This document shows positions 61,260-64,000 of a DNA stretch of 64,000 nt, piece after piece. The stretch comes from Arsenophonus sp. NC-WZS1-MAG3 (GTDB lineage Bacteria; Pseudomonadota; Gammaproteobacteria; Enterobacterales; Enterobacteriaceae). The stretch's first letter is position 1. Every line of letters starts with the position of its first letter. The position numbers were made by a program, and so were the translations under genes. The notes under the pieces were generated by a model. It had not been told where the DNA came from, did no database searches, and saw nothing but the letters and a program-made list of their open reading frames with translations. The stretch is from NCBI GenBank assembly GCA_052174535.1, contig JBQMRQ010000100.1:6506-70505 (forward strand), given 5' to 3'.

Positions 61260-62066
61260 TTAACTAGCAAATTGATTAATGATGTCAGATTCTAATTGAC
61301 AAAAATATTTTAAGGTCTTTACTTTTAGCTCAAGAGTTGCTGATTCATCACAAACTAAAGCTGATTTTTCATGCATTTGTAGACAGCTAATTGTCCACAT
61401 ATGATTAATAGAGCCTTCTACCGCAGCTTCAACAGCTAATGTTTTATTTTTACCAGTTGCCAGAACTAAAATTTCTTCCGAATCGAGCAGGGTTCCTACG
61501 CCAACAGTAACAGCATATTTAGGTACTCGATCAATATTATCATCAAAAAAACGAGAATTTGCCCGTCGAGTTTCTGGTGTTAGCGTCTTGATCCTAGTAC
61601 GAGAAGAAAGAGATGAAGCAGGTTCGTTGAAGGCAATATGGCCATCACTACCAACTCCTCCCATAAATAAATGTATTTTACCATAAAACTTAATTTTATC
61701 TTCGTAACGTTTACATTCAGCGTCGATATCTTTTGCATTACCATCAAGTAAATTAATATTGTTTTTCATGATATCGATATGATTAAAAAAATTATCATAC
61801 ATGAAAGTATGGTAGCTTTGTGGATGATTTTTAGGAATGCCGACATATTCATCCATATTAAAACTAACAACATGTTTAAAACTAATTTTCCCTGCTTTAA
61901 AGAGATTAACTAGCTCATGATAGGTAGCTAGTGATGTTCCGCCTGTTGGTAGTCCTAATAAGAATGGATGTGAAGCCGTTGGATTAAATTGATTAATTTT
62001 ATTTGCAATGTAATTGGCGGAAAAAAGACCGACATCCTTTGCTGTTGTTAGAGGAATAAGTCTCAT
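61260..62066 (-). CDS. nagB: Glucosamine-6-phosphate deaminase
   Basis: 268 aa. [43 protein letters not shown]. Confidence 0.97.
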   Translation of the reverse strand: MRLIPLTTAKDVGLFSANYIANKINQFNPTASHPFLLGLPTGGTSLATYHELVNLFKAGKISFKHVVSFNMDEYVGIPKNHPQSYHTFMYDNFFNHIDIMKNNINLLDGNAKDIDAECKRYEDKIKFYGKIHLFMGGVGSDGHIAFNEPASSLSSRTRIKTLTPETRRANSRFFDDNIDRVPKYAVTVGVGTLLDSEEILVLATGKNKTLAVEAAVEGSINHMWTISCLQMHEKSALVCDESATLELKVKTLKYFCQLESDIINQFAS

Positions 62067-62186
62067 TATTTTACCTCACTTAATTTTATTTTATATCAAC
62101 TATATTTTAATAATTTTATATCATTCTACTATTATTAATTGTTATTAATTAAGTTTTATAAAAACTTGAAATTGCCTATTTGTTAA

Positions 62187-62330
62187 TGTCTTATTATAGA
62201 AGGAATATATAGTTTTTAAAATAATTTAGGTTTAGTTTTGAACTAATCTTTTATAGACTGTAGACTGTAGACTACAATAGAATTTTACTACACTAATTGG
62301 GGTAATTGTTTAATTTCGATTATTATATAG
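62187..62330 (-). mobile_element. IS481-family right-end fragment
   Basis: ttttgaactaatcttttatagac...aatagaattttactac aligns with 9525-9570 and 53280-53325. Confidence 0.7.
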
Positions 62331-62365
62331 ACCCTTTCGTCCCACAGTAATATTCATAACAAGGA

Positions 62366-64000
62366 TGTCTACTGAGAAATTATAGTTAAAGATAATATTA
62401 TGATAATGAAACTTCATCGTCAGGCAAATATAATACCTAAAATTATATCCATTCTTCAGGTTTTAAGCCAGAAAAAACCTGCGTTTTTTAGCTAAAATGT
62501 TATGGAATTCTCTTGACTTACCGTTACTAAAGAATAAAATCAAGATGATATTGATGATTTGGCTACGTTGGTAAAGGTTGTTTTGCTTTTCTCAGGGAGC
62601 AATTATAGCTATGTTATATATTAATTCTTATTGTTTTAAACAATCTTCTCGAGGCAGATAATTCTGTATTTAAATAAATCTACACCTTAGATCTACTAAG
62701 AAATCTTTTTAATCGGCTGAGATAATTATCCATATTTTAAATGTGAAATTACTTATCAATAATTTTCTGATTATTTTATCTTTATTTAGATAAAAATGAT
62801 TAATTTCATACTATTTTGGCAAAGTTTCGTATCATTACCTCTATCTATCTCTATCTGAGATAATGATGAACTCTTTAATCCATAATCAGATCAAGAAAAG
62901 GAATAACATACTCTAGATTAAACTCTTCAAGAATCTCATTGCTTACATAACTATCTTAATTTTTTGCAATTAAAAGCGTAATTCGTTTTTTTCTTTATTC
63001 TTTTCTTTATTTTGTGTTATTTAGCTTTATAATGTTTGAATATAACGCTTCCCTTATAAACGCTTCCCTTATAAAGGATTCAGGGAAAATGTTTCATTGA
63101 TTTCAAGAATACCCTTGCTACATTTATATTGGCTATCACCGCTAAAACAAAAATGATGATGCAAAATATAAACGCTGTTTTCAAATTAATACCTGTTTAT
63201 TTTTCTGACTCTTGTAAAGTCAATTTTATTCAACATATATCCATAGATAACTAAATAATTTAGCCTTGTGATGTAGTTTTGCAAGAGGACTTTTAGTAAA
63301 ATTATTAAATGTTTTCTACAATCGGAGATTTTTTAATGATATTGCTGTAAGCACTATGGATCTCCCTAATAGATAACATGTTCACTTTAATAAAGTGACA
63401 GGATAAAGTGGAATAGGTTGTTTCAATGTATGAATTGATATTATTCGATAGATTATTATCTAAGCAACTAATAAGATGCAAATTTATATTGGTAGAGAGT
63501 AAGAAAAAGTATCTTTGATCTATATGACTAATGACTGCTTGCTTTTTATGACAATTTCTGTAGAAAAAATCCTTCATATAATATAAAGGATATTATCTAC
63601 CAATAACTGTTACAAACATAGCCTGATAATCACACTCCATATTTCCCATCATTTTCTGGACCCTATCGCCAGCAGCTTAGGGAGTATACTTATTTTCTTG
63701 CAAAAACAGTTTTCTTTCTTTTATTTTGATCTGTTACAGTCCTATACTAATTTCTGAATCTAACATTGTATCTTGATTTGATATGGATCGCTGTTTACGC
63801 AAGCGCTCATACGGGTAATTTATGTGAAATAAGATAGAAAATCCCTAAAGCTGAAGCATAAAACATTTAAAACTAGGAGTCTGGTTATTTATACATAGAT
63901 ATACATAGATATGAAATTTCTTCCGCAAATGTTAAATAAAGCTTCACGACGTTATCTTTTTGTAGGTATAGATCGCACACTTGATAAGTTTTATGCATCT
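62366..64000 (+). mobile_element. IS481-family relic (copy 3), interrupted by IS1595, runs off the window end
   Basis: MIMKLHRQA..IPKI (62400), resuming at 63624 with D.HTP, DRCLR, KHKTFK and IDMKFLPQM..KASRRYLFVGIDR (63900-63980). Confidence 0.88.
62561..63623 (-). mobile_element. IS1595-family relic (copy 5), nested in IS481
   Basis: IRs ggctacgttggtaaag / gttacaaacatagcc. Flanks tgatgatt(t) / tgataatc. Colinear with 57354-58379. Confidence 0.88.

Noticed and set aside
63305-63577. 90 aa minus-strand ORF
   Set aside because: It is the N-terminal remnant of the IS1595 transposase and lacks the catalytic domain.

Overview
AT-rich DNA (roughly 30% GC by eye, not computed) from a degenerating Enterobacterales endosymbiont. 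Gene order and I/K/N-biased proteins suggest a reduced Morganellaceae/Arsenophonus-type lineage (inference). Intact housekeeping genes: argS, cutC, cmoB, cmoA, yecN, aspS, yebC, mrdB, mrdA, nadD, holA, lptE, leuS, coaD, recD, pitA, lnt, corC, ybeY, ubiF, nagB and tRNA-Met/Leu/Gln. nagA carries one homopolymer frameshift. Between these lie heavily decayed host pseudogenes (nudB, ruvC, arcA, creA, rlmH, rsfS, gltL, mutM tail, recB tail, ybeZ, miaB, nagC, probably yecM). About 25 kb (~40% of the window, from my approximate coordinates) consists of fossil insertion sequences invisible to the ORF track: 13 IS256-family relics, 5 IS1595, 3 IS481 plus one end fragment, and 1 IS91. Their terminal repeats and degenerate target duplications are often still readable, and they are nested in a consistent order (IS91 and IS481, then IS1595, then IS256). 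They mark most synteny breaks, including a ~14 kb block of housekeeping genes from distant loci dropped between gltL and lnt. I found no CRISPR array, prophage, toxin, defence system or other novel multi-gene system. The interesting signals are evolutionary: the IS stratigraphy, full-length but saturated relics, an orphan intact recD behind a dead recB, a candidate IS-derived hybrid promoter for cmoAB, and young micro-duplications and palindromes. All family assignments come from my manual translation and motif recall, not database searches.
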